A program made the position numbers and the translations under genes. Positions 20,916 to 29,843 of a DNA stretch of 64,000 nt are shown piece by piece. The stretch comes from a virus, in the IMG/VR virus record IMGVR_UViG_3300046501_000558, positions 1-64,000 of that record. The stretch is one strand, 5' to 3'. The notes beneath the pieces were generated by a model, which was not told where the DNA came from, ran no database searches, and was given only the letters and a program-made list of their open reading frames with translations. Numbering within the stretch: position 1 is the stretch's first letter; the number at the start of each line of letters is the position of its first letter.

Positions 20916-21869
20916 CTATTCCTCTAAATCTTCATCACTTACATCAGCGCCGTCGTCCATGGCTGCCATTTGCGCCCTTACATCTGCCATGACTTCCTCC
21001 TCCATCTGACCAGACTCAATGTACTCACGCCGTGTACGGACCATCCTTACTTGTTCGTCTAATTTACGTTTTTGGGCTTCATATGCTTCGTCGTCGTTTA
21101 GATCTTGCATACGATTACCTGTTTCGGGTTCTTTCAGATCTTCAGGTGTAAGACCGTAGAGAGCGAAATCAGACTTATGCAGTTTTTCAATACTTGCGAC
21201 CGTTAAATTGATTTTATCCAAAAATGACATATTGAGGTTTAAAGTCATTTCTAGATTCGATTTATCAATATCATTGCTTAATAGTCTGTATTGAACATTC
21301 GTCATAAGCTCTTTGGACAAAACAATATTGTCCAATGTATGAGCAAGAATAAGATGCGCTCTATCTGACAAATTACGAGCGCGTTTTATGACTTCGGCTT
21401 TATTTTTTTTACGATGTGTGTAGTTAGACAGTAACTTTTTGACTCCATCACCAGCAGCATTAATAATGTTCTGCCTCTTCTCATGATAGAGCGTGTCTGA
21501 GTTATACGCATCTAGCGCCATTTGCTGTTCATAATGTTGATTATCTTCGTGATTTTCCTCTTGCTCAGGTTCATTGCTTACACCGATCAAATCAAAGTAC
21601 CCCCTACATCTTTGAATGATTTTTTCCAGTTTGGCCGTAGATAATTGCACTAAACTATCGGGGCGCAGCCATTTTTCACGCTTTGCCCGAGCGACTACAG
21701 TAGATCTTGAGGGTAAATCGAAGATTTGGGTTGTATTTCGTACAATATCGAGTATTCGCTCAACACTACTTCCCCCATCAGCTTCATAAACGGCGCGTAT
21801 ACATGCCCAAACATCATCTGAATAACGCTCTGTATTACTCTTCTTTGTCTTAGCTTGTACTTTTTGCAT
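20916..21869 (-). CDS. Putative terminase small subunit (PacA-like)
   Basis: N-terminal W..IR..YE...S..T...RAK.E.W HTH typical of small terminases; acidic tail. Confidence 0.55.
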   Translation of the reverse strand: MQKVQAKTKKSNTERYSDDVWACIRAVYEADGGSSVERILDIVRNTTQIFDLPSRSTVVARAKREKWLRPDSLVQLSTAKLEKIIQRCRGYFDLIGVSNEPEQEENHEDNQHYEQQMALDAYNSDTLYHEKRQNIINAAGDGVKKLLSNYTHRKKNKAEVIKRARNLSDRAHLILAHTLDNIVLSKELMTNVQYRLLSNDIDKSNLEMTLNLNMSFLDKINLTVASIEKLHKSDFALYGLTPEDLKEPETGNRMQDLNDDEAYEAQKRKLDEQVRMVRTRREYIESGQMEEEVMADVRAQMAAMDDGADVSDEDLEE

Positions 21870-21893
21870 TGGATTAGTCAGTATCGGTTAAAG

Positions 21894-22562
21894 TTATATT
21901 TGCTCAAGCTGAGCAGGTACGGGCTTGTTAAGCTGATCTCTTGTTATCGAGAGATTCATTTTTTCATAACCTTCAACATGCTCAACCATATTCAGTTCTA
22001 TGGCTCGTTGATATTTAGCCATCATCGTTTCAAAAGCAATTACATGTGTTTGAAGTTCATGAGCGCCTTCAATTAAATCGCCATATACACCCGAAAATGC
22101 TAAATCATTGGTATGCATTAATATTTCTTTTACCAAGTTCTTAGCAGCCATATGAAGCATTGCGCCCTGAAATCTAGGCAAGTTCTGCATCGTTTTTGAC
22201 ATAGAGTGGCTAATAACATCAGCAACTTCTAAGGCTGTACTTCTCATTGTTTCGAGTATTAGGCCATTGTGAGAAGCCGCTAGATTTGGCTCAATTTCAT
22301 TACTGATTCCAAAGAGGAAATCGATACTGCATTTATATGCAAGACTTACTTTATAAAGTGTATGAGTCGAAATAGGTTTAGATCCTTTCTCAAGCTCAAC
22401 AATTCGATTGAGTTGCTTTTCATCTTTATAACCAAAGATCAAATGCATTGCTTCAAATCGCGTCATGCCATGCCATAAACGTGCTCGCTTACAGTTTTCA
22501 CCAATTAAGCGCTGTAAACGTTCTTTATCTACTGAGTCTCTATAAGTGATTGCTACAGTCAT
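21894..22562 (-). CDS. XRE-type HTH protein
   Basis: IGENCKRAR...SIDFLFG HTH_3-like N-terminus. Confidence 0.7.
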   Translation of the reverse strand: MTVAITYRDSVDKERLQRLIGENCKRARLWHGMTRFEAMHLIFGYKDEKQLNRIVELEKGSKPISTHTLYKVSLAYKCSIDFLFGISNEIEPNLAASHNGLILETMRSTALEVADVISHSMSKTMQNLPRFQGAMLHMAAKNLVKEILMHTNDLAFSGVYGDLIEGAHELQTHVIAFETMMAKYQRAIELNMVEHVEGYEKMNLSITRDQLNKPVPAQLEQI

Positions 22563-23045
22563 TTAGATTTCCAAATAAGCCTTAATTGTATCGATCGCAT
22601 CTGCCACTGAGCGGCATACAACTACTTTGTTTCCTAACATTTGTAGTAAAGGAATTTGTTCAATTTGAGAGTCCAGAAAATCACCATCCTCTGTTTTACA
22701 TTCCATCCATAGAGCGATAAAACCATGTTTACCGACTGGAAGTAGTAAATCTGGCGTGCCTGCTTTAACCCCCATTCTTTTGAGCCTAGCCGCTTCTGAT
22801 TTACTTCTAAGGCCACCATTAGGAATATGCCTAATAATTTCAGATACTCGAAAACCCTTATATTTAAGGTATTGGCACTCATTAATGATTTGAGTCTGAA
22901 TTTCATCTTCAGACGGTTTCAAGCCTAACGCTGCACGCTCCTTAGGAGTAAGGCGTTTCTTTTTAGTTGTCCTTTTTAATTGATCCATGGGCTTTTTAAA
23001 TGGGTCCAATTTGAAGCGTGGTTTTGAGTTCAATCTAACGCTCAT
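22563..23045 (-). CDS. VRR-NUC domain nuclease
   Basis: EDEIQ, HIPNGG, GVKAGTPDL, ECKT motifs. Confidence 0.9.
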   Translation of the reverse strand: MSVRLNSKPRFKLDPFKKPMDQLKRTTKKKRLTPKERAALGLKPSEDEIQTQIINECQYLKYKGFRVSEIIRHIPNGGLRSKSEAARLKRMGVKAGTPDLLLPVGKHGFIALWMECKTEDGDFLDSQIEQIPLLQMLGNKVVVCRSVADAIDTIKAYLEI

Positions 23046-23260
23046 GATTGACCTGTCTTTTCTAAGTTTTGTTCTGAACGGCGAAAAGCTAAATCATTCA
23101 TTTTCTTGATCTGCTTTGGACTAAATTTTCTTTTTTGTTTAATTCTATGGGCTTTATATAACAATCCACAAATTATGATGCGCCCAATATAGAAAAGAGC
23201 TTTAAGCCCTAGAACCCCCAACACAATTCCGAAGAAAAGAATGAATAAATTATCTTTCAT
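23042..23260 (-). CDS. Small membrane protein
   Basis: 72 aa, N-terminal TM then basic tail. Confidence 0.6.
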   Translation of the reverse strand: MKDNLFILFFGIVLGVLGLKALFYIGRIIICGLLYKAHRIKQKRKFSPKQIKKMNDLAFRRSEQNLEKTGQS

Positions 23261-23347
23261 ATATCGCCTATATACACTTATGTATAAATTATTTAATAAT
23301 TATACATTAATGCATTTAAAATCATACATAATTGTATTTTATAGCGC

Positions 23348-23510
23348 AAAAAAAAGGCTACCCATTTGAGTAGCCTTTTTCTGAATCTTTTTTAACGATG
23401 CCGTCAATGATAGCCGATTCATACTATCCATCGCACTTCAAGCCTTGCTTAATCTCAGCTTGCCCGAAGTTTTCACCGATGCAAGCTACATATGGTAATA
23501 GCTTGCAAAG
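23348..23510 (-). ncRNA. Putative structured small RNA (~165 nt)
   Basis: TTGACT-16-TATTAT promoter (23541-23514), five hairpins, loop-tail pseudoknot, intrinsic terminator GGCTAC-TCAAATGG-GTAGCC-U8; no credible ORF. Confidence 0.65.
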
Positions 23511-23642
23511 CCAATAATATACAATAATGCATATTAGTCAATACACAAATGCATAATTTTGCGATTCTGATAATTAATTTAATAGATTGCTTAATTAAAA
23601 GAATTCTAATAATTTCTCAAAAGTAACAGAGGTCCTTAGCAT

Positions 23643-24254
23643 ATGCATACTTTTTATCATGTAAGTTATTCAAAACCCTACAATCATTTTCCTGATTTTA
23701 TAGAAAACACACAAATTAAAATTGGTGAACAAATTAATCCTTTTTTTAATTATTTTTATAATACTAATGATATGCGAATTGTACCCGCAGGTGGTCAGCA
23801 GCAAGAAGTACATTACTCGACTCTCCTAGAACATTTAGCAAAGGGTGAAGGAATTATTCAATATCCCCGTCCTGACGTAATTCTCCCTTATATGTACGGA
23901 AAATTCTTGGATTTATATAATTTAAATCGAGAGATGATTTTAGAAAATATTCGTTTGCAAGATTATCCTCATATGCCTTCACGAACGAAATGCTTGTGGG
24001 TAACTACAACGCCTGAAGAATGTGCGGTTTGGTATAGTCTTTTTTCTGATGAGGTTGATAAAAAACTCATAACTTTTGAAAGTGAAAATGAACCCAAGAT
24101 TGTTGATAGTAAATTTGTACCTAATAAAAATGATTCATTAGCTGAAAAAGAAAGAAAAGCTCATGCCTATTGGTCTGGTGAAATGAGTGAATCACCTATG
24201 ATTGAACATCTTTTTGTTGGAACTGCTACAGTTAAACGTATCGAAGCAGCGTGA
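23643..24254 (+). CDS. DUF2441-family ADP-ribosyltransferase-fold protein
   Basis: FYH, E.IR...P..PSR..C, A..YW.G and distal Glu motifs; lone plus-strand AT-rich gene. Confidence 0.7.
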   Translation: MHTFYHVSYSKPYNHFPDFIENTQIKIGEQINPFFNYFYNTNDMRIVPAGGQQQEVHYSTLLEHLAKGEGIIQYPRPDVILPYMYGKFLDLYNLNREMILENIRLQDYPHMPSRTKCLWVTTTPEECAVWYSLFSDEVDKKLITFESENEPKIVDSKFVPNKNDSLAEKERKAHAYWSGEMSESPMIEHLFVGTATVKRIEAA

Positions 24255-24295
24255 AAAGTATGAGGAATAAGGTTTAAGTCCTTATTCCCTCACCT

Positions 24296-24742
24296 CTAAC
24301 GAGTAGCTTCTAATATTGATTGAGGGATACTCTTATCAACTTCTTGATTAGGTATTTCCTCACTTTGAACTAAATGCAATCCTTTAATAGTCATCCTCAA
24401 TAATGCCATTTGTTCATTAGCTTGCTGTAATTTAGCCTCAGATGAGCTACACCTCAGCTTAAAAGAATCAATTTCTGACTGCATTTGTGTCTTATATTCA
24501 GCTATAGCGCGTTTCTCAGCCTTAGCGACCGCTAAGCGTACCTTAGGATGCCAACTTAAATCATGATCTGACCAAGCATATTTAGAGAATAGATCAAAAA
24601 CACTTTTCTCATTTGTTTTGTTCAAGTACAAGATCTGAAAAAACAAAAAGCTAATACACCAAAACTTAGGCATATCCCGCAAATTAAACTCATGTTTCAG
24701 TTCAACACGTATACCCGTCCACCCGAAAAAGATAAGAAACAT
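24296..24742 (-). CDS. Membrane/coiled-coil hypothetical protein
   Basis: 148 aa; hydrophobic N-terminus and C-terminal coiled coil. Confidence 0.55.
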   Translation of the reverse strand: MFLIFFGWTGIRVELKHEFNLRDMPKFWCISFLFFQILYLNKTNEKSVFDLFSKYAWSDHDLSWHPKVRLAVAKAEKRAIAEYKTQMQSEIDSFKLRCSSSEAKLQQANEQMALLRMTIKGLHLVQSEEIPNQEVDKSIPQSILEATR

Positions 24743-24745
24743 GTA

Positions 24746-25144
24746 TTAATCCCGATCTATACAACGCCAGCCATTAAAATTCATCGTTCTATATGGGATA
24801 CAGTCATTAAATGGATAGTATTCATATTCAATGCCTTTTCGTCTTAATAAGTTACTTCTTGAACTTGGTTTACGATTGGCTGAAAGGTTGTTACTGACAG
24901 GTTTTGAAGGTAGTTTGCTTACTGGTTTTAAAGGAAGGTTTTTAGGGCCAGAACTTACAGGTAAAGGGCTAATACTACGGATAGTTGAGGGTTTAATTAC
25001 TGTTACAGTAGGTCGGGAGGTTGAGACGGATGCCCGCGAAAAAGAACTAGATGCCCGTGATACTGAAACGGCTGCCATTGCGGTCGTTGGTACTGCGACA
25101 AGTACAGCAAGAATTAAAGGTGTTAAACGATATAAACGGCGCAT
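24746..25144 (-). CDS. Secreted Ser/Pro/Lys-rich protein
   Basis: Signal peptide ending AMA, low-complexity middle, C-terminal Cys pair; AGGA RBS. Confidence 0.65.
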   Translation of the reverse strand: MRRLYRLTPLILAVLVAVPTTAMAAVSVSRASSSFSRASVSTSRPTVTVIKPSTIRSISPLPVSSGPKNLPLKPVSKLPSKPVSNNLSANRKPSSRSNLLRRKGIEYEYYPFNDCIPYRTMNFNGWRCIDRD

Positions 25145-25260
25145 ATTAGTCCTATTTAACGAATGTGATAAACAGGACCTAATATATTTTCAGTTCAAAT
25201 ATAAAATTTAATGTAATTCCACGTATGAAATTCAGATTAATCAAAACATTTTTAAATTTA

Positions 25261-25299
25261 TAACTCTGGGGTTATTGCATTAATATAACTCTGGGGTTA
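25261..25299 (+). promoter_or_regulatory. hicAB promoter/operator, two copies of TAACTCTGGGGTTA
   Basis: Identical 14-bp quasi-palindromes at 25261 and 25286 flanking TTGCAT (-35) and TATACT (-10). Confidence 0.8.
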
Positions 25300-25332
25300 T
25301 ACTAGCTACATCATGATTGATATGGTGATGTT

Positions 25333-25515
25333 GTGAAAAGCCAAGATTTGATCAAGATGATCGAAGCCGATGGTTGGTATCAAGTTAGAGTGAATGGTAG
25401 TCACCACCACTTCAAACACCCTTCAAAGTCTGGACTGGTAACGGTTCCACACCCAAAGAAGGATTTACCGCCAAAGACTAGAGATAGTATCTTGAAGCAG
25501 GCAGGTCTTAAATGA
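25333..25515 (+). CDS. hicA: HicA toxin
   Basis: GSHHHFKHP...VTVPHP motif, 60 aa. Confidence 0.95.
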   Translation: MKSQDLIKMIEADGWYQVRVNGSHHHFKHPSKSGLVTVPHPKKDLPPKTRDSILKQAGLK

Positions 25516-25565
25516 CCTGCCCTTTTAGGCTAGGCACTTCAAAGCCAATTTCGGAGATTAGAGAT

Positions 25566-25970
25566 ATGTATTATCCTGTTGCCATTGAAAAAGGTGATGA
25601 AAATAATGCTTTTGGTGTAACCGTACCTGATATACCAGGATGCTTCTCTGCAGGAGATACTTTTGAAGAAGCCATCAAAGGTGTTAAAGAGGCCATCGCA
25701 GGGCATTTAGAGCTACTTGCTGAAGAAGGTGATGAGATTCCTCTTGCATCGAATGCAAGTAAATTTATAGATCTTGAAGAGTACCAAGGCTATATATGGG
25801 CTGTTGTTGATATAGATGTTGGACGTTACTTAGGTAAAGCTGAAAAAATCAATGTCACTTTACCAAGTCGCCTCATTCATATGATCGATGACAAAGTAAA
25901 AGCAGATGCTCGCTTTAAAAGCAGATCAGCTTTTTTAGCGGCTAGTGCTGAGCAACTATTAAAAGCATAA
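25566..25970 (+). CDS. hicB: HicB antitoxin
   Basis: VPDIPGCFSAGDT and C-terminal RHH KINVTLP; start moved to MYYP. Confidence 0.95.
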   Translation: MYYPVAIEKGDENNAFGVTVPDIPGCFSAGDTFEEAIKGVKEAIAGHLELLAEEGDEIPLASNASKFIDLEEYQGYIWAVVDIDVGRYLGKAEKINVTLPSRLIHMIDDKVKADARFKSRSAFLAASAEQLLKA

Positions 25971-25996
25971 AAAATGCCCTAACAGGGGCATTTTTA
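25968..25996. terminator. Bidirectional terminator
   Basis: aaaaatgccc-taacag-gggcattttt. Confidence 0.75.
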
Positions 25997-26057
25997 TGTT
26001 TCTGATCCAAAGTACTGAATTGCTGTCTATCACAATCTTAGACAGCAATTTTTTTGG

Positions 26058-26432
26058 TTAAACTATGTCAAAATTATTCATAATTTCCTTAATTTCACGT
26101 TTAACAAACTCTGTTGCCCATACCATAGGCTGATTACCCGTCTTTAAAGCATTCTGATACTTATCTGCCATCATAAGAAAATTACCCTTCAACCTTGACA
26201 CCATCAACGTTTCACGCATTTTAAGATTTGATATTTCCTCTTCTAATTCTGTGATTTTTGCTAGTGCTTTTTCTGGATCTGTCCAAGGATTAGTAAAGCA
26301 AACACCGTCATACACACAAACTTTTTGCTCGGCACATACCCACGGCGCACCTGATGAACATTTACCTATAGCTTTGCCCCATGTTTCATGATCTTCACTA
26401 TGTAAATCTGCCTCACAAGGTTTTAAGCTCAT
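26058..26432 (-). CDS. Cys-rich phage hypothetical protein
   Basis: 124 aa; Cys cluster then coiled coil. Confidence 0.6.
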   Translation of the reverse strand: MSLKPCEADLHSEDHETWGKAIGKCSSGAPWVCAEQKVCVYDGVCFTNPWTDPEKALAKITELEEEISNLKMRETLMVSRLKGNFLMMADKYQNALKTGNQPMVWATEFVKREIKEIMNNFDIV

Positions 26433-26450
26433 TTCAAAGTTCTCTATATT

Positions 26451-26663
26451 TCATAGGAGGCTCACAGGTATTTTAAAAAAGACGTTAGATGATCCGGTAT
26501 ATACTTTGTCTTTAGAATCCTTAGCACTAATGACCGTTGCATATTTGCCTTCTTTCAAAGCAACAACCTTTAATGTACCGCATGGGTTCCATGCTTTATT
26601 CGTTGTTCCTACGCGATCCCCGACTTTCCAAGCACGTGATTGATTTATAACTTCAAGATTCAT
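26451..26663 (-). CDS. Small SH3-like hypothetical protein
   Basis: 70 aa, WKVGDRV. Confidence 0.55.
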   Translation of the reverse strand: MNLEVINQSRAWKVGDRVGTTNKAWNPCGTLKVVALKEGKYATVISAKDSKDKVYTGSSNVFFKIPVSLL

Positions 26664-27097
26664 TCTTTGCTCAACTCTGGCTGTGTTAAACGTGCTTTAA
26701 GTTCTTCAAGCTTTGTGGGGTTTTCTATACGCCAATCACTCCAACTTTCATGAGTTTCTACATGATTAACCCATGTCGGATGCTCTTTATATTCGATTTC
26801 CCCATGTTGACAGCGAATAATGCCATCGTCTTCCTGAGCTTGCTCATCACGATCAAGTTTTAATGATTGAAGTTCCTCATCGCCCATATCCTCAAGTTCA
26901 TCTTCAAAGATATAATTATAACGATGCTCTTCACAGTAAAAGCCTCCGCAATGTTGGGTATGGCTTGGATTTTCACAGCATGCATACCCCATACCCCGAT
27001 CAATTTCGTTTAAACAACCTGAATGATCACAAAATGCAGGCACGCTGTATCCTTGAAAACGTCCGTTCTGTTCGTAAACCCCATAACCCATATACAA
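26660..27097 (-). CDS. Cys/His-rich phage protein
   Basis: GYSVPAFCDH.GC..EIDRG..YAC...CG.FYC..H pattern. Confidence 0.7.
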   Translation of the reverse strand: MYMGYGVYEQNGRFQGYSVPAFCDHSGCLNEIDRGMGYACCENPSHTQHCGGFYCEEHRYNYIFEDELEDMGDEELQSLKLDRDEQAQEDDGIIRCQHGEIEYKEHPTWVNHVETHESWSDWRIENPTKLEELKARLTQPELSKE

Positions 27098-27181
27098 ACC
27101 TATTAAATTGAAATAAAAACCATGGCAAAAAAATAATAAGGTGGTATCTCACTTGAAATACCACCTCTCAGAAACTAAATG

Positions 27182-27751
27182 TTAAGAATCCATCCCTACG
27201 CCGTAACCCTTGAGCATTTTTGTAGATTTAAACTCTCGTTCATGTGCAAAACTTTTAAAACTTGTGAAGCAAGTTAAACAGCAATGATTAGTTAGTAGTC
27301 TTAGCTGTTTACCGCCACTTACTTCATCAAGAAACGCAAATAACTCGCCGTGAAAACCAAGCCACTGCTCACCGTTTTCTAAGAAAATTTCAGCATCCTC
27401 ATCCCCTAAAAATTCCCAAAGCTCTAAATGGGCAGGTGAAGCCACTTGAATTTCATAATCCGATGTTTCGCCTGTAACCTCATCTATCGCATGCACTCGA
27501 CTAACTATATGAAAGCTTTGGGCCGAACTGATAGTTTCTGTTTTTAATGCAAGAGCCAAATCGCCTTTATAAGCGTTCATCCATACATTCAACGGCGTCA
27601 CAACATCCTCGGTTGCATTAAAACCACCAAGTAAGTGATGAAGCTCAATTACTCGATTTGCATTATTAGCTTCCCAAGTCATTTGCAGTTTATGAACCTT
27701 TTGCTTAACGACCTGCTTAGGATCATATTTTTTATTTCGCTTTTTCTGCAT
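27182..27751 (-). CDS. Phage hypothetical protein
   Basis: 189 aa starting MQKKRNKKYDP. Confidence 0.65.
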   Translation of the reverse strand: MQKKRNKKYDPKQVVKQKVHKLQMTWEANNANRVIELHHLLGGFNATEDVVTPLNVWMNAYKGDLALALKTETISSAQSFHIVSRVHAIDEVTGETSDYEIQVASPAHLELWEFLGDEDAEIFLENGEQWLGFHGELFAFLDEVSGGKQLRLLTNHCCLTCFTSFKSFAHEREFKSTKMLKGYGVGMDS

Positions 27752-27795
27752 TTACTTAAACACCCAATGAAAATATGGATTTAACGAAATTAAAG

Positions 27796-29457
27796 TCATG
27801 CTACAGCTCTCATTTGTGAATCTGATTTATCAAAAGGATTATTTGCACGTGCGATCGACATCATTGGGTACGGCGAAACACTATTACCGACCATATTGAC
27901 TTGATCCTTTTTAGAAAATGGCTTCCCATCATGGCCGTGCTCGATGATGTAAGAATCAGGAAAGCCTTGAGCCTTATACAGCTCTCGCGGGTGAAGCATT
28001 CGCATTCGAATATCGACTATTAGCCATGGCTCCCCTTTTATCCAAACCGTTACTAACGCTAAGCGGTCTTTTGTAGTAACTGTATCCATTGGTTGCGTAA
28101 GGTCCCGTGCATCCCCATTACCGTAAAAATTGATAAGAAAAGATGCGACACGCAAAGCGCCGTCTAAATTTTCTTTACTTAACGTTGCAGAGACTAGCTG
28201 CTGCTGACTCCCTGAATTTGTTATTGTTGTTAAAGGTTCATTTAAAGTGCGCCCATCTATTTCATTAAAACCACCGTTAGCCTGCATCATGTATGCCGCT
28301 ACTACAGCATGATGCCCCCCTTTAACTTGAGCGCATATAGTCGAAAGAGGGTCTTCAACTGACCAATTTCTTTGCTGTGAAGCGTTAGCAAACTCGGTTA
28401 GATACGGAGCCAAAATTGGACTAACCAAAGCACTATGCCCGCCGTATGCGGATGTCGTTGTAGCTAATGGATCCTTAATACTGTGACCTACACCAGTTCT
28501 AAAGTCTCTACTGATAAACGGCGCTGCTGTATTAACAAAAAAAGGATCTTTTGCATCAATCACAAACTTCTGCAAGCCGCGTGCAATGCGTTTCATAGTG
28601 GCATCAGCTAAATGCTTTGGCCTACCGAATATTGATTTTCCGAGATCTGAAAAATCTATACATTCCGCTGCCGCTTTCCATTTCGTTTGACCACGTTTCG
28701 GATCCTTATGTAAAAGTGGATCTTCCCAATTAATAGGCTGGCCGTCACAGCGTGCAACCAAGAAAAGGCGGTCCCGAGTTGTTGGCGCACCAAAGTCCGA
28801 AGCTTTTAATCGTTTCCAATCGACCACGTAGCCAAGTTTTTCAAGACTTTTGACAAAATGACGCCATGTTTTGCCTTTTAATTTTGGATTAGGTACTAAA
28901 AATTGATTATGTCGCGGTACTCGCTCTCCTGGTTCTGCAACCCGATTAATGAGTTTGTTATTCACTTTTATTTTTTCGAGTGTGACAACGCGACCTGTAT
29001 CTTTATCTCTTTTTGCTATTAAAGGCCCCCAATTAAGGATCTGTCTTACATTTTCCATGCTAATCAGATCTGGCTTAACCTTACCCGCAAACTTAATGAC
29101 TACCCAACTAAGATCCCTTATTTCTTTCTTACGTGGTTGCCCACCTGCAGCTTGAGAGTGATGAGTGCAATCAGGACTTGCATGGAACCAGCCAACGGGG
29201 TAGCCGTCACATATTGCAATGGGATCTACTGCAAAAACATCTTGTACGTAATGCTTTGTGTGTGGATGGTTCGCCGCATGCATCGAAATGGCTTTGGGAT
29301 TATGGTTTACCGCTGCATATACTGTACGGTTTAAGCCCATTTCAAGGCCTGTGCTTGCTCCACCACCACCAGCAAAGTAGTCGATGATAATCTTTTCACC
29401 AAAATTTAAAGCAAACTGAGTTTTAAAGGTTTTCGAGCAATCTACAAAACTGGTCAT
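27796..29457 (-). CDS. DNA cytosine-5 methyltransferase
   Basis: Motif I FAGGGG, IV SPDC, VI ENV, VIII RDRLF, X GNSV. Confidence 0.92.
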   Translation of the reverse strand: MTSFVDCSKTFKTQFALNFGEKIIIDYFAGGGGASTGLEMGLNRTVYAAVNHNPKAISMHAANHPHTKHYVQDVFAVDPIAICDGYPVGWFHASPDCTHHSQAAGGQPRKKEIRDLSWVVIKFAGKVKPDLISMENVRQILNWGPLIAKRDKDTGRVVTLEKIKVNNKLINRVAEPGERVPRHNQFLVPNPKLKGKTWRHFVKSLEKLGYVVDWKRLKASDFGAPTTRDRLFLVARCDGQPINWEDPLLHKDPKRGQTKWKAAAECIDFSDLGKSIFGRPKHLADATMKRIARGLQKFVIDAKDPFFVNTAAPFISRDFRTGVGHSIKDPLATTTSAYGGHSALVSPILAPYLTEFANASQQRNWSVEDPLSTICAQVKGGHHAVVAAYMMQANGGFNEIDGRTLNEPLTTITNSGSQQQLVSATLSKENLDGALRVASFLINFYGNGDARDLTQPMDTVTTKDRLALVTVWIKGEPWLIVDIRMRMLHPRELYKAQGFPDSYIIEHGHDGKPFSKKDQVNMVGNSVSPYPMMSIARANNPFDKSDSQMRAVA

Positions 29458-29708
29458 ATTGAGAACCCACCAATAAGAACAGCATTACTTGGGCATTTCT
29501 TTAAAAAAAATATTTGGTCCCGAACCCACTGATCAAGATGCCTTTCTATTTGCTCATTGCTTTGAAAAGTTGGTCGCTTAAACGTTATAGCAACGTTATC
29601 AAATTGGTTTTTAACTGATAGAACGGCGTTACTATATTTTGATAAAACTAAGTAACGAATATCTTGTGAAACACTTTCATTATTGAAAATTAACGGTTTT
29701 TCTTTCAT
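29454..29708 (-). CDS. Hypothetical protein
   Basis: 84 aa coupled to MTase; GAGG RBS. Confidence 0.55.
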   Translation of the reverse strand: MKEKPLIFNNESVSQDIRYLVLSKYSNAVLSVKNQFDNVAITFKRPTFQSNEQIERHLDQWVRDQIFFLKKCPSNAVLIGGFSI

Positions 29709-29843
29709 AAAAGCCTCTTAAAATTGATCAATCAACCAAATGATCATTTATACATATGTGCAAATGATCATTTGTACCTATTTTTAATACCTTGATTTGT
29801 GGATCAAGCTCCCTAAACTTGATCCTTAATCTTGCTTAGGCTA

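Noticed and set aside
23348-23510. Functional self-splicing group I intron
   Set aside because: No interrupted host gene, no clear P1/P10 or canonical P7 G-binding site; only partial resemblance
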